From IMG/VR virus record IMGVR_UViG_3300027708_000019: DNA of 64,000 nucleotides; one strand, given 5' to 3'. Shown one piece after another: positions 44,392 to 54,098 of this stretch. Position numbers and translations under genes: made by a program. The notes under the pieces are model-generated. The model saw only the letters and a program-made list of their open reading frames with translations. It was not told where the DNA came from and made no database searches. Source of the DNA: a virus. The first letter of the stretch is position 1. Every line of letters starts with the position of its first letter.

Positions 44392-44827
44392 GATTAGTAC
44401 TAATTGTTGGATTTAAACCAAGACCACAACCAGATGGTTCCCAGCAAACATTCTGCCCCATCTGTTCACGTGACATACCACACTTAGAACATTTCTCACC
44501 ACCATAGTTGGCAAATGGCCACATGTTATTGATTGGTTTGTTACGATCAGTTTCGTAATAATATTCAGAATGCCCATCGCCCTCTGTTTCTAAATCATAA
44601 TCAGAAAGAAAATCTTCACCAGCAGGTGTTAGACTAACAAAATCTTGTGACTCATCAACAAGCATGTAGCGTTCATTGATATCAAAAATAAAACCACATC
44701 CACGAAGGAAATCGTTGAAATGGTCAGCGATTTTATCATGCGTAATTTCGGTAAAAGTATGACGGACTTCTTGAATGTTTCCATCTTCATCTTCATACTC
44801 ACGAATAAAAATATAACGATCTGTCAT
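44384..44827 (-). CDS. Hypothetical protein
   Basis: ORF in operon. Confidence 0.7.
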   Translation of the reverse strand: MTDRYIFIREYEDEDGNIQEVRHTFTEITHDKIADHFNDFLRGCGFIFDINERYMLVDESQDFVSLTPAGEDFLSDYDLETEGDGHSEYYYETDRNKPINNMWPFANYGGEKCSKCGMSREQMGQNVCWEPSGCGLGLNPTISTNHE

Positions 44828-45015
44828 TTAATGTTCCTTTTTCTACATTCTTCCATAACTTTGACTGGCACATCAGGATGCCAACCACCCATTAACATTC
44901 TACAATCATAGGTAACTTGATCAACGACCTTACCTGAAAAATACAAAGCAGCGATTAATGCAGCTGTTGGTACAACCATAATCAATATGCCCAATACTTT
45001 ATGATTAAATATCAC
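44824..45015 (-). CDS. Small membrane protein
   Basis: Probable GTG start; TM segment; YDC...HPD.P..V.EECR. Confidence 0.6.
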   Translation of the reverse strand: MIFNHKVLGILIMVVPTAALIAALYFSGKVVDQVTYDCRMLMGGWHPDVPVKVMEECRKRNIK

Positions 45016-45313
45016 GTGTCTCGCCTTCTTTTGTAAAGAAAACTTCCATCTTCTTCTCATCGCCCCAACTCTTACAATAATCATTGTCGATATCACAAAG
45101 AGCCAACGCTTCCGCTTCAGTAACAATTCGATGACTCATGATAGTTTCACCAACATGTTTCTGTGAGAATTCTTTTGCTGTTTCACAAGTAACATCATCA
45201 AGCGCATATTCAGGATTAGAAGCAGGTGCCTCAACCATATATCTCTCACGAAACATAGAAACTGTTTCAACCATTACCCAAACTTTATCACCAGTATTTG
45301 CTTTAGTCGCCAT
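45005..45313 (-). CDS. Hypothetical protein
   Basis: AAGGAG RBS before MATKAN. Confidence 0.7.
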   Translation of the reverse strand: MATKANTGDKVWVMVETVSMFRERYMVEAPASNPEYALDDVTCETAKEFSQKHVGETIMSHRIVTEAEALALCDIDNDYCKSWGDEKKMEVFFTKEGETRDI

Positions 45314-45842
45314 CTTTATTTCTCCTTGCTTGTACTTCTGCTTCATGTGTATCACACAAAGTGCGAATCCACCCACCACTACGTCTCTCACCAATTGAAC
45401 CACACTCTTCGCATGTAAGACCACTCATAGATTCAGCCAACGAAACTGCACCATTGACGTATTCATCGCCACCACTATAATAAAAACGTAGTGTTCCAAA
45501 CTTTTCTTTTATTTGGTCGATAGTAACCTGAGGAATCTCTGGTGGAATAATAACACCATTCTTCATAGTCTCTTCGGCTTGTTCAATTTCATAATCAGAT
45601 GGCTCACGAGCACCACCAGAATAAAATTTCAACAGCGCATCATAACCTTGTTCACGTGCATTGAATTTCTCAACATCACGCTGACGATTTTTGTTTTTCC
45701 AATCAATATGACTTTGGATGTTCTGACAAAGTGTATTCAAAATATTGAACCAACCAGCACCGCATGCGATACCACCATATTTCCCAACAAACATTTTAGG
45801 AAATACAGCTGGAAAATAATCTTGCATTTCTTCGCTAGTCAT
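45303..45842 (-). CDS. Conserved phage hypothetical protein (C-terminal Zn finger)
   Basis: CG.GW...QIKEKFGTLRFY...CEECG...W..TLC..H. Confidence 0.75.
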   Translation of the reverse strand: MTSEEMQDYFPAVFPKMFVGKYGGIACGAGWFNILNTLCQNIQSHIDWKNKNRQRDVEKFNAREQGYDALLKFYSGGAREPSDYEIEQAEETMKNGVIIPPEIPQVTIDQIKEKFGTLRFYYSGGDEYVNGAVSLAESMSGLTCEECGSIGERRSGGWIRTLCDTHEAEVQARRNKDGD

Positions 45843-46052
45843 TTAGTTCACCACTTTTTCAGTCCACTCAATCGCCATCATCTTTGACAAGAATTCATCG
45901 AACTCTTCTTTAGAAGCATGCTCTTTAAACTCTTGACCCATAATACCAAGGAAAACACCAAATACTTGCATTGGGTTTTTGTTTTCTTTATAAACCAGTT
46001 CATCGTAGAAAGAACGAATCCTTGGGTACAACTCTTCAAAATTATCTTCCAT
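45843..46052 (-). CDS. Hypothetical protein
   Basis: GGAG RBS before MEDNFEE. Confidence 0.65.
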   Translation of the reverse strand: MEDNFEELYPRIRSFYDELVYKENKNPMQVFGVFLGIMGQEFKEHASKEEFDEFLSKMMAIEWTEKVVN

Positions 46053-46053
46053 T

Positions 46054-46485
46054 TTATCTCCAAGTTCTATGTGCTTCAGCAACGTGTTCATTACCATCAT
46101 ATTCTTCAATCACATAATCAACATCATCTGGAATTTCTACAACTGCCAATTCAGCGTGTTGACCCCATGCTTTATGTCCCAGTTCTTCAACTGATTGAAC
46201 CAAAGCTGGATCATGTCGTTCGATCTCTCGTTCATAAACAGTTTGTTCAGAACGCAACTTATTGTAAGCCTGACGATCTTCCATAGACATAGAGTAGAAT
46301 GCATCACCTTCTTTATCTTCAACACGATCTTCTGGCTTAACTAGCCAGTAAGTCCAAAACTTCCAGCTACCAATACCCGTGTCTTGTTCTGGATACACAG
46401 TGATACCTTTGATCTCAAAGTATCGCATAACTGCCTCATGGCTCAAACCAAAACCACCGAAACAACGATTGATTACTACTTTCAT
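46054..46485 (-). CDS. Conserved phage hypothetical protein
   Basis: KVVINRCFGGFGLS...R.DP.LV..VEELG...IEEYDG.E.V.E.H. Confidence 0.8.
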   Translation of the reverse strand: MKVVINRCFGGFGLSHEAVMRYFEIKGITVYPEQDTGIGSWKFWTYWLVKPEDRVEDKEGDAFYSMSMEDRQAYNKLRSEQTVYEREIERHDPALVQSVEELGHKAWGQHAELAVVEIPDDVDYVIEEYDGNEHVAEAHRTWR

Positions 46486-46691
46486 ATATTTTCCTCATCA
46501 ATACCAAGGGACTTACCAATTACTTTTGCTTTTATCATATCTGGGATAGAATGATATGGTGGTTCCAAAATGAATGGACAACAATCAACACCCCAAGAAT
46601 AATTTTTAAAAAAATTTCTTACAACATCAATATCCTTCTTTGAATCTTTATCAAAGAATCGTTTAGGTTTTACAATCTTTTCAAGAATCAT
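46482..46691 (-). CDS. Hypothetical protein (leaderless)
   Basis: ATG 6 nt after the -10 box. Confidence 0.7.
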   Translation of the reverse strand: MILEKIVKPKRFFDKDSKKDIDVVRNFFKNYSWGVDCCPFILEPPYHSIPDMIKAKVIGKSLGIDEENI

Positions 46692-46697
46692 AGTATA

Positions 46698-46726
46698 ATT
46701 ATACCCTTTTTTTTATTATTAGTCAA
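46698..46726 (-). promoter_or_regulatory. Sigma70-type promoter
   Basis: TTGACT-17-TATAAT. Confidence 0.85.
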
Positions 46727-47162
46727 GCACTTTCATTACTTCTATGTTACATTTTTTAAGAAATTCTATTCCCAATTCATCGCGATACGAATTTCGATAA
46801 TACACATTTCGAATTCCTGCTCCGTAAATTAGTTTAGAACAATGAATGCATGGAGCATGAGTACAAAACATAGTAGAGTTAACACCAGCTTCACCATCTC
46901 GGGCAAGTTTACTGATCGCATTTGCTTCCGCATGAATTACCTCTTCTTTCGTCTTACTAATGACGCCACTATCTTCGTTAGTTTCGACCAAATCAATGTA
47001 CTCACATTCGTTGTCCCAACCTGCTGGTGTGCCGTTGTAGCCAATCGATATGACACGATTGTCTTTGACCACGATTGCTCCGACTTTAAGTCGCTTGGCG
47101 TAGCTGAGTTTGGCGAACCTCTCAGCCATGTCCAAATACGCATCAATCCACTTTTTCTGCAC
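46719..47162 (-). CDS. cd: dCMP deaminase
   Basis: GYNG...HAEANA...PCIHC. Confidence 0.95.
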   Translation of the reverse strand: MQKKWIDAYLDMAERFAKLSYAKRLKVGAIVVKDNRVISIGYNGTPAGWDNECEYIDLVETNEDSGVISKTKEEVIHAEANAISKLARDGEAGVNSTMFCTHAPCIHCSKLIYGAGIRNVYYRNSYRDELGIEFLKKCNIEVMKVLD

Positions 47163-47640
47163 TCTTCGCTACCTTTTTCGTTGTCGCTTTTTTTGCTGGT
47201 TCTGCTACCACCACACCTTCTGGCAAAACATCAGGGAAGTTTGCCTTAACAAATTCTGCTGTAATTTTTGGGTAAAGACTATCGATAACTTGATCTTTAA
47301 CTGCGATTAGAATTTTCGCTTCTGATGGATGAATCGATTCAAGCAGTTGAACAAATAGTTGCTCGCGACGAAGACGTTTCTTAACATCACTAAACTTAGT
47401 GAAAATGTAGAAACGACGTGCTTCATTCATCAGATGAACAGGTACCATACCCAATGGTTGTGCGGATGGTTTAAATGGTGGCGCACCCTCTGGTAAATCG
47501 AAATGATACTCAACATCAAATGCACATTTCAATATAGTTTTAAAAGGAAAATTGTCTTTGTAATCAACAGCTTTTTTTGGATCCTTGTTAATTGCCTCAA
47601 AAATTTCTGGCAAGTAAGTTGGTTTGATATTTGTGCTCAT
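47143..47640 (-). CDS. Conserved T4-like hypothetical protein
   Basis: LPEG.PP...RREQLFVQLLE.IHP.EA. Confidence 0.8.
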   Translation of the reverse strand: MSTNIKPTYLPEIFEAINKDPKKAVDYKDNFPFKTILKCAFDVEYHFDLPEGAPPFKPSAQPLGMVPVHLMNEARRFYIFTKFSDVKKRLRREQLFVQLLESIHPSEAKILIAVKDQVIDSLYPKITAEFVKANFPDVLPEGVVVAEPAKKATTKKVAKSAEKVD

Positions 47641-48533
47641 TAGAACTCCTCAATTTCTTCTAGTAGTAAACGGCAACGATGGTCCATAAGATATTTCATG
47701 GCTGTCATTTTGTCACCCTTTGGTGGATTATTTAGATAACATCCAATAATTGCATTTTGGATATTCTCTGGGATAAAATTAAAATCAACAAGCGTAGCAT
47801 TGCGATGCCAGTTACGACGCTCTTCATCATTTTTACAAGCATTGAATCCATTCTCAATAAACTCTTGAAGACGTTTTGCGCTCACAGGTTTTTGTCGTTC
47901 GCCTGTCATAAACACATCATCTTTACTGAGAATATTTGGAATACCATCATCACCTGCCTTAACAATGTGAGTAATAGTCTTTTCATGTAATTCTTTGTGT
48001 GTAGCTTTAATAAACTTTTTAGTATTCGGCGACCACTGTGTCACATTATCATATTTCTGAAGTTGTATAAAGTCATGGTCAGATGAAAGAATTAGCATCT
48101 TCTGTGGTTCAGTAACCAAACCTTCTTCAACAAGTTGGTTTTCTTGAGACCATTTACATAATACTGCAACAATATCATCTGCTTCTGCTTCATCAATATG
48201 CATAACACGATATGGGAAATACTCAGCAACATCCTGACGCATTGCATTCAATGTATCAAAGATAAGTGTCCAAGGTAAATCGCTTTTGTCACGTGCTTTC
48301 TTTCTACCAGCTTTATAATACTGGAAGAAATCTCTGCGCCAGTACTTACGTCCGTCACAACAAAGAACAATCTCACCATATTCTTTACCGTATTTCTTTT
48401 TAAAAGATTTGATTGAAGACAGTGTTACGTGTCGAATCAAATTGATAACCTTGTCCTGATCTCCACTCTTCAAGTCTTGTTGAAAAGTTAAAATAGAAGC
48501 AAGGGCAACTTGCGAGTAGTCAATTAAAATCAT
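47640..48533 (-). CDS. rnh: RNase H / 5'-3' exonuclease (T4 rnh)
   Basis: ILID..Q...YWRR..F..YK..R...EADD...SSD.DF.QL...DGIPN. Confidence 0.95.
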   Translation of the reverse strand: MILIDYSQVALASILTFQQDLKSGDQDKVINLIRHVTLSSIKSFKKKYGKEYGEIVLCCDGRKYWRRDFFQYYKAGRKKARDKSDLPWTLIFDTLNAMRQDVAEYFPYRVMHIDEAEADDIVAVLCKWSQENQLVEEGLVTEPQKMLILSSDHDFIQLQKYDNVTQWSPNTKKFIKATHKELHEKTITHIVKAGDDGIPNILSKDDVFMTGERQKPVSAKRLQEFIENGFNACKNDEERRNWHRNATLVDFNFIPENIQNAIIGCYLNNPPKGDKMTAMKYLMDHRCRLLLEEIEEF

Positions 48534-48534
48534 A

Positions 48535-49638
48535 TCAATATACTTTCACGAGGATACATTCCTCATTAATTCTGCCATTCGGAGATGCTTCAGTTCCTTT
48601 GATTAGTTTATACGCAGCATTCATAGGACGCTTCGACATCGTCATCATAGGTTTCAACTGTTCCGCAGGTTTGCGTAGGGTTTTAGAACCAGATGTTTTC
48701 GTATCATAATTTAGAATAGACGTACCTTTGACAGTCAACATTCCACCTTCGATCGCACGATATACTTGGAGTTTACGATACTTCGTATTATATACCCAAA
48801 GTTCATTAGAACCAACGATAGTCGGTGCGGAGATGGATTTGATTCCAAGTTCAGTATCTTCTTTCTTAAATTTCAAATTCTTGACAATCTCACCAGCAGG
48901 TTTTGCTTTACGAGCACGTGGTTTACGAACAGCAACTTTCTTGGCTTGTTCACAGTTACCGATGATCGTTTCAATCAAACTGATAAATCGCTTCAACTGT
49001 GGCTTGGTAAAGTTTGAGTAACCTTCAACAAGTTGCTCATCATTACCTTCAAGCACTTCTTGTAGTTCAGCCAGCAATGGACGATAGAAATCCGCAAGCA
49101 GTTTAGCAACTGGTGTTGAGATACCATTCATAGAAATCTTAAAGTTGGCAGGACAACCAGACATAACGAATTCGTCAATCTGACCATCAATCTCGCCACC
49201 GATCTCTCGGCTCTTCTCTATGATACGATCCTGAATAGAAACAACAACAGCTGTCTTTGCTTGAACAACTTGTTTTACTGGTAGGGGTTTTTGTAGAATT
49301 TCTTGAACACGTGTAGTGATGTATTCTTCTTCTTTCTGCGATAGAAAAGAACCACGTGACTTCATGCGAAGTAGAACACCAAGAGAATGAAATTCCCAAT
49401 CTGATATTTCTTCGAAATGATCAACGATAGCAGTCTCTTTCAATTTCTTGAAGTAAGAGATTGCCCATGCTTTACGTTGTTTGCTGTCTGCTTCGTTAGC
49501 ATACCAGTTCAACGATTTACTAAGTTGAACCGAATATGCTTCGGAAGTTTCTGCACTGATAATTGGCTCATCGGTTTTGCCACTGGCACGATTGATGAGT
49601 TGTTGACGTTTGGTAGCTTGCGCTTCATTCATAGACAT
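48535..49638 (-). CDS. Conserved phage hypothetical protein
   Basis: LNWY...LWVYNTK.RKL...KTLRKP...NGRINE; strong RBS and promoter. Confidence 0.8.
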   Translation of the reverse strand: MSMNEAQATKRQQLINRASGKTDEPIISAETSEAYSVQLSKSLNWYANEADSKQRKAWAISYFKKLKETAIVDHFEEISDWEFHSLGVLLRMKSRGSFLSQKEEEYITTRVQEILQKPLPVKQVVQAKTAVVVSIQDRIIEKSREIGGEIDGQIDEFVMSGCPANFKISMNGISTPVAKLLADFYRPLLAELQEVLEGNDEQLVEGYSNFTKPQLKRFISLIETIIGNCEQAKKVAVRKPRARKAKPAGEIVKNLKFKKEDTELGIKSISAPTIVGSNELWVYNTKYRKLQVYRAIEGGMLTVKGTSILNYDTKTSGSKTLRKPAEQLKPMMTMSKRPMNAAYKLIKGTEASPNGRINEECILVKVY

Positions 49639-49660
49639 ATTTGTCTCCTTTCAAGTATAT

Positions 49661-49689
49661 ATTATACCTGAAAATTGATTATTTGTCAA
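49661..49689 (-). promoter_or_regulatory. Sigma70-type promoter
   Basis: TTGACA-17-TATAAT. Confidence 0.88.
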
Positions 49690-49692
49690 GCA

Positions 49693-49884
49693 TTATTTTG
49701 AAGAAAAAGACAACCCTTTACCACCGACTACAGCACCCAAAATCAAGGCAGCACACCAAGTATCGAACGAAATTGGGATCGCCAGAACTGGGAACAGGGC
49801 ATTGAGAGACCAGATCGTTGCGATTGGTCCAAGGATAATAACAGCGAGTGCGAACAGTAGAATCAAGACGAGTTTCATTTTCAT
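49693..49884 (-). CDS. Small membrane protein
   Basis: Two hydrophobic segments. Confidence 0.7.
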   Translation of the reverse strand: MKMKLVLILLFALAVIILGPIATIWSLNALFPVLAIPISFDTWCAALILGAVVGGKGLSFSSK

Positions 49885-49885
49885 T

Positions 49886-50119
49886 TTATTTACCTTTGAT
49901 AATTGCCAATTTTTCACATGTAGAACGTGACTTGTCATTGTTTGATGTAATCTGTGTTGCACATGCTGCTGCCACTGGATCAATACCACGCTCAATTGCT
50001 TTTGTTACAATCTCTTTTGTATTGTTACTATCAATCACATTGTAGTATGTCATACAACCAGAAACTGTAATAATCACAGCACTAATCGCTGTTATAAAAA
50101 TGCTTTCAAATTCAGACAT
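49886..50119 (-). CDS. Small membrane-anchored protein
   Basis: AAGGAG RBS before MSEFESIF; AI..GIDP....CA. Confidence 0.7.
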   Translation of the reverse strand: MSEFESIFITAISAVIITVSGCMTYYNVIDSNNTKEIVTKAIERGIDPVAAACATQITSNNDKSRSTCEKLAIIKGK

Positions 50120-50573
50120 TTTTTTCTCCTTCAATTTTTTTGGCTTCTTCGACCAGCGTAACGCTGAGAGAATCTGCGTCAATAATGTTGTCATCATCTC
50201 CAAAAACAACTGGCTCAGGTGTTGGAGGATACTCAGAATCTTCTGACAATGAACATTCAAATTCTTTAATAGAATCGAATCGGAAAGAACGCCAATCTTG
50301 TTTGTCCAAATCAAATACAGATATCGTCGCATCTGACGTACCTTTACCAGTACCTTTAGGATGTTTCTCTTGTGGGATATGTTCTTCATCTAGAGTGCAC
50401 CTCATTACCCTTTCTTCGCCATTAATTTTAAAAAATGTAACCTGTACTTCAGCTATATGAAGCAAACCTTTGAACCATTTTTTAAAGTTCGGATGATTCA
50501 ATTCTTCCTTTGCTCTTTGCATTTCTTCTTTAGACAATACTTCTGTCGCTTGTACATCAATAATTTCACTCAT
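50112..50573 (-). CDS. WYL/SH3-like domain protein
   Basis: VTF.K..GE.R.M.CTL...VFDLDKQDWRSFRFD. Confidence 0.75.
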   Translation of the reverse strand: MSEIIDVQATEVLSKEEMQRAKEELNHPNFKKWFKGLLHIAEVQVTFFKINGEERVMRCTLDEEHIPQEKHPKGTGKGTSDATISVFDLDKQDWRSFRFDSIKEFECSLSEDSEYPPTPEPVVFGDDDNIIDADSLSVTLVEEAKKIEGEKNV

Positions 50574-50901
50574 TAACTTTCTCCTTAAATAATAATTCGG
50601 AACCTTCTGCTACTAGTGCTTTCTTACCAGGAAATCTTTTACTGAAGATAGAATTTATCTCAATTAAATCTTTGCCTTGACAAACAAATTCACTTGTGTG
50701 TTTGTCATACAAAAAGAACATTTCATTCTGTTTCTCTACAGTAACAACCATAATATGTTCTTTATAGAGTCTCTGCGCTTCAGCAAGGGACTCAGCAATT
50801 TCTTCACGTATTAGTTTCCTTGCCTGATGTTTTGCGTATAAATGAATAAACCAAAAAACATTAGCAATCAAAAATAATAGAGTGAGAATTGTTTCCATCA
50901 A
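50566..50901 (-). CDS. Hypothetical membrane-anchored protein
   Basis: N-terminal TM. Confidence 0.7.
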   Translation of the reverse strand: MMETILTLLFLIANVFWFIHLYAKHQARKLIREEIAESLAEAQRLYKEHIMVVTVEKQNEMFFLYDKHTSEFVCQGKDLIEINSIFSKRFPGKKALVAEGSELLFKEKVNE

Positions 50902-51566
50902 AACAGATCTCCTGTTGTGTCCTCTTCTTCATCAGGATAGTGTTTAACTTCCCATTTGAGAACTGCTAAATCTTGTTGCACCTCAGTGTCAATCCAACCT
51001 TCATTTCCACTGCAGTACCAATCAAGATAATCACCAGTACACAGAATATCAGCAACAAGACCGCCAGTTGATCTCCAGCTGTAGCTGATTACTTGACCAT
51101 CTTTGTGTAGTTGATTGTTGCACAATGTAGAATAGAAACGCTTGCAATAATCTTTGCTAGTGCGCATCTTAAGTTTGATTGTTGTGCTATCTTGAATATC
51201 TCTAAACAAATTGATACGATTGTTATCTACATGGTCAGTGTCATCCTCAACAAAAGATTGTTGTTTTTCTTTCGCCTCAGCCATTTCTTGATAGAATTTT
51301 TCCATCCACTTTTCGCGATTACGAATTCCCAACTTAGATTTGATGACATCAAAGAAACTTAGAAATTGTTCAAACTGCTCTTCTTCAAAAAACATTTCAG
51401 TTTTATTGAATTTCAGTTTACCTTCTTTGTCATGGCTTCCCAAAATAACATGTGTCAAACCATGACCAATCTCAAATACATTTACGTAAGTGATTGTATC
51501 GCCATGATCGATTTCAAGGTGTTCGTGTAGGGTGTTATCAAGTTCAGATTGGAATTGATTTAGCAC
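50898..51566 (-). CDS. Hypothetical protein
   Basis: Y..LCNN...SWRS.GGLVAD...GDYLDWYCSG. Confidence 0.7.
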   Translation of the reverse strand: MLNQFQSELDNTLHEHLEIDHGDTITYVNVFEIGHGLTHVILGSHDKEGKLKFNKTEMFFEEEQFEQFLSFFDVIKSKLGIRNREKWMEKFYQEMAEAKEKQQSFVEDDTDHVDNNRINLFRDIQDSTTIKLKMRTSKDYCKRFYSTLCNNQLHKDGQVISYSWRSTGGLVADILCTGDYLDWYCSGNEGWIDTEVQQDLAVLKWEVKHYPDEEEDTTGDLF

Positions 51567-51702
51567 GATGTTTCTCCTTACGTTTATATTGCTTCTTACT
51601 TAACTCAACTCTTTGACGATATTTTGATGTGCGCAGATCTTTAGCAATCCAATTTCTTGGCTTACTTGACTGTATAACCAGCGTGCATTCCATACCCATC
51701 AT
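51544..51702 (-). CDS. ArfA-like small basic protein (alternative ribosome rescue factor-like)
   Basis: Manual translation ...KPRNWIAKDLRTSKYRQRVELSKKQYKRKEKHRAKSIPI*; fills the gap between two genes. Confidence 0.6.
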   Translation of the reverse strand: MMGMECTLVIQSSKPRNWIAKDLRTSKYRQRVELSKKQYKRKEKHRAKSIPI

Positions 51703-51847
51703 CGTGTCCCTTTGCGTAATGAACAGAAGTCAGTGCTCTTAGAAACTCTGACAACTCCTTATATTTTACCTCGCCCAAGGTATTTTCGTCAAGTCCTAAA
51801 ATCGAAACTATTTTAGAACAAGCATGATCAACCTCATGCGGATACAT
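51662..51847 (-). CDS. Hypothetical protein
   Basis: MYPHEVD... in operon. Confidence 0.6.
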   Translation of the reverse strand: MYPHEVDHACSKIVSILGLDENTLGEVKYKELSEFLRALTSVHYAKGHDDGYGMHAGYTVK

Positions 51848-52058
51848 CTTCTTTTTCTCTCTTGAATGATTGACGCTTTGCTGCTTCTTCAGACAGCTGA
51901 GCACTAATCATCGCACGTTTAAATGCAGATCTATCTTCTTCAGATTTAAACTTACCCAAAGCAAGATATCGTTTTGTTTGTTTATGCATTTTAAAATTCT
52001 TATCTGGCTTCAATTCGAAGGGGATATAAACTTCATGTGTTTTTTGTTTCTTTGCCAT
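51834..52058 (-). CDS. Small basic hypothetical protein
   Basis: AAGGA RBS. Confidence 0.7.
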   Translation of the reverse strand: MAKKQKTHEVYIPFELKPDKNFKMHKQTKRYLALGKFKSEEDRSAFKRAMISAQLSEEAAKRQSFKREKEDVSA

Positions 52059-52066
52059 AATTTTCC

Positions 52067-52354
52067 TTATGTTAACATTCTAATTAAACCTACCATATCA
52101 ATTGTTGTTAGCAAGAGATAGTTAGCCAGCATCCCAAAAGATTTCCTAGTATAAGCGCACCAAGCATAGATTGCACAACCAGTAATCCAGACAGGATAAA
52201 GAGCAAGTAATGGAGGATTCGGTACTGTGATCGCCATTGTAAGAGAGCAAAAAATGCTGATAGCCCAAGCAAGCAACTCGAGAACGAAACGAAAACGATT
52301 TGAAGTCCAGTCATCTTTAATCCATCCCCATGTATTTAATAGTATATCATTCAT
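52067..52354 (-). CDS. Small membrane protein
   Basis: Three hydrophobic segments. Confidence 0.75.
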   Translation of the reverse strand: MNDILLNTWGWIKDDWTSNRFRFVLELLAWAISIFCSLTMAITVPNPPLLALYPVWITGCAIYAWCAYTRKSFGMLANYLLLTTIDMVGLIRMLT

Positions 52355-52682
52355 ATTTCATTTCTAGCCAGTTAGTTTTTTCTGGTAGAACCTCCATTAT
52401 AATTTGTTTGTCTTGCATTCTTTTGATAAAATCTTCAAGAATACCTTTACCGTACATATTTGTACCATAAACATCTTTATGACATTCGTAGACAGAACCA
52501 GACCAACCCTCAAAAGAATATACGTTTCCCTCAAGAGTAACATTGGTAATTCCGCTATTCATTTTCCATGAATCAGCACCAGCCCATCCACCAAACCAAC
52601 AAGCGAAAACTTTATGGATTGGTGGTGAGTTTGGTGCAGTAATTTTAACAACTACCCATCTATCTGGTCTGTATTCGCTCAT
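52347..52682 (-). CDS. Conserved phage hypothetical protein
   Basis: PDRWVVVKI...W.GG....DSW..NSGI...G.SGS.Y.C. Confidence 0.75.
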   Translation of the reverse strand: MSEYRPDRWVVVKITAPNSPPIHKVFACWFGGWAGADSWKMNSGITNVTLEGNVYSFEGWSGSVYECHKDVYGTNMYGKGILEDFIKRMQDKQIIMEVLPEKTNWLEMKYE

Positions 52683-53551
52683 ACTTCTACCACCTTCAAT
52701 TTAAAATTATCAGCAATTTCTTCGTAACCATGATAACCACGTGGATTACAAACAACACGTGTCTCACCAATCATATAATCAAACAACTCATGCGTATGCC
52801 CATGAGTCCACAATTTAATCTGTGGGCGATCAAGAATAAACTCACTCAAGTCGCTATGATATCCACCATTCATTTCTCTATCATCTTTATACTTAGGATG
52901 ACAACTAGCATGCGATGGAGTGTGGTGACCAACAACAACAAACTTCTTATCATGTTTCTCAGCGACAACTGTTTTGATAAACTCAAGCATTTCCTTGTGA
53001 TCATCAACAGCATCTTGTGGACTAAACTTAGCAACACGTGTTCTGAATGTTGGTTTATCTGGATTATCAGGATCGTCAAAGGTTTTGTATGTTACTTCAC
53101 GATTACTATTATCAACACAGCGGAAGTCGTTCATCATACGTGTAATCATATGAAGAGTCAACGGATCCTCTTTATTCATATCAGTCCATAATGTTCCACC
53201 AATAAATGTTATATCATCAACAATATATGTTTCTTTATCTAAGATGTGTAGATTAGTAAGATACTCAAGTCGTTTCTTAACATCAGAGATTGTGTATTTA
53301 AAGTCGCCATGATAATGCTCATGATTGCCAACAATATAAATTACATGCGGAAATCGAGCAGAGCATTCTTGAAAGAATGTGTGATACCTTGAAGACTTAC
53401 CGAAGTCAACAATCCCATATGAATCATGATCCATCAAATCACGAATAACACAGATATCACCAGATAAAATTAACACATCAATATCGCCTGGATTTTCCAG
53501 CGATAGTTTTGAAAACTCTAAGTGAAGATCTGAGCAAATTGCTATTTTCAT
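52679..53551 (-). CDS. Metallophosphoesterase
   Basis: SDLHLE, GD, GNHE, HH.P, HGHTH, NPRGY. Confidence 0.92.
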   Translation of the reverse strand: MKIAICSDLHLEFSKLSLENPGDIDVLILSGDICVIRDLMDHDSYGIVDFGKSSRYHTFFQECSARFPHVIYIVGNHEHYHGDFKYTISDVKKRLEYLTNLHILDKETYIVDDITFIGGTLWTDMNKEDPLTLHMITRMMNDFRCVDNSNREVTYKTFDDPDNPDKPTFRTRVAKFSPQDAVDDHKEMLEFIKTVVAEKHDKKFVVVGHHTPSHASCHPKYKDDREMNGGYHSDLSEFILDRPQIKLWTHGHTHELFDYMIGETRVVCNPRGYHGYEEIADNFKLKVVEV

Positions 53552-53553
53552 AT

Positions 53554-53895
53554 CTAACCCCTTCGCATTCTTGCGATTTCCTTTGCTTCATCATCACTAA
53601 AGATGGGTACAGCATTTGATTTATGTAACGTACCGATACCAATCATTTTGGTACCAGTATAAACTTTTCCTGTTATTGGCTTAGTTGCAGTGCCAAGACC
53701 GCTGTTGAGACTAGGATAGTGCTTAGTGTGTCTCCGTAATACATCAGATTTTGGTGGACTGTAAACTTCAAATCGATCAGTTTTCTTTTCATCTTTAACA
53801 TCATATTTCCTTTTCAGTTTTTCCCATGACTCTGCTGCCAGCATCGCTTGACGCTTGTGCTCGGCAGATTTGTATTTAACCTTTTGTTTACGCAT
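53554..53895 (-). CDS. Conserved basic phage protein (leaderless)
   Basis: YTG...GIGTLHKSNAVPIF...A.MRR. Confidence 0.75.
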   Translation of the reverse strand: MRKQKVKYKSAEHKRQAMLAAESWEKLKRKYDVKDEKKTDRFEVYSPPKSDVLRRHTKHYPSLNSGLGTATKPITGKVYTGTKMIGIGTLHKSNAVPIFSDDEAKEIARMRRG

Positions 53896-53900
53896 AAGTA

Positions 53901-53929
53901 ATTATACCTCAGATAAGATTAAAAGTCAA
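53901..53929 (-). promoter_or_regulatory. Sigma70-type promoter
   Basis: TTGACT-17-TATAAT. Confidence 0.85.
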
Positions 53930-53935
53930 GCATTT

Positions 53936-54076
53936 TTACAGAAAATTATCGCCGTAAACTTCTTTTAAAGCAGTCTGAAGTTTTAACGCAGAAAGACAGA
54001 TTTCAAAAGTCTCTCCTTCTACGGAAAGGTCTCCTAATTTTTCTAAAAATTCGGCTAATTCAGAATCCGTAAACAT
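53936..54076 (-). CDS. Small hypothetical protein
   Basis: AGGAG RBS before MFTDSEL. Confidence 0.65.
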   Translation of the reverse strand: MFTDSELAEFLEKLGDLSVEGETFEICLSALKLQTALKEVYGDNFL

Positions 54077-54098
54077 AAGTTCTCCTGTTGAAAACTTT

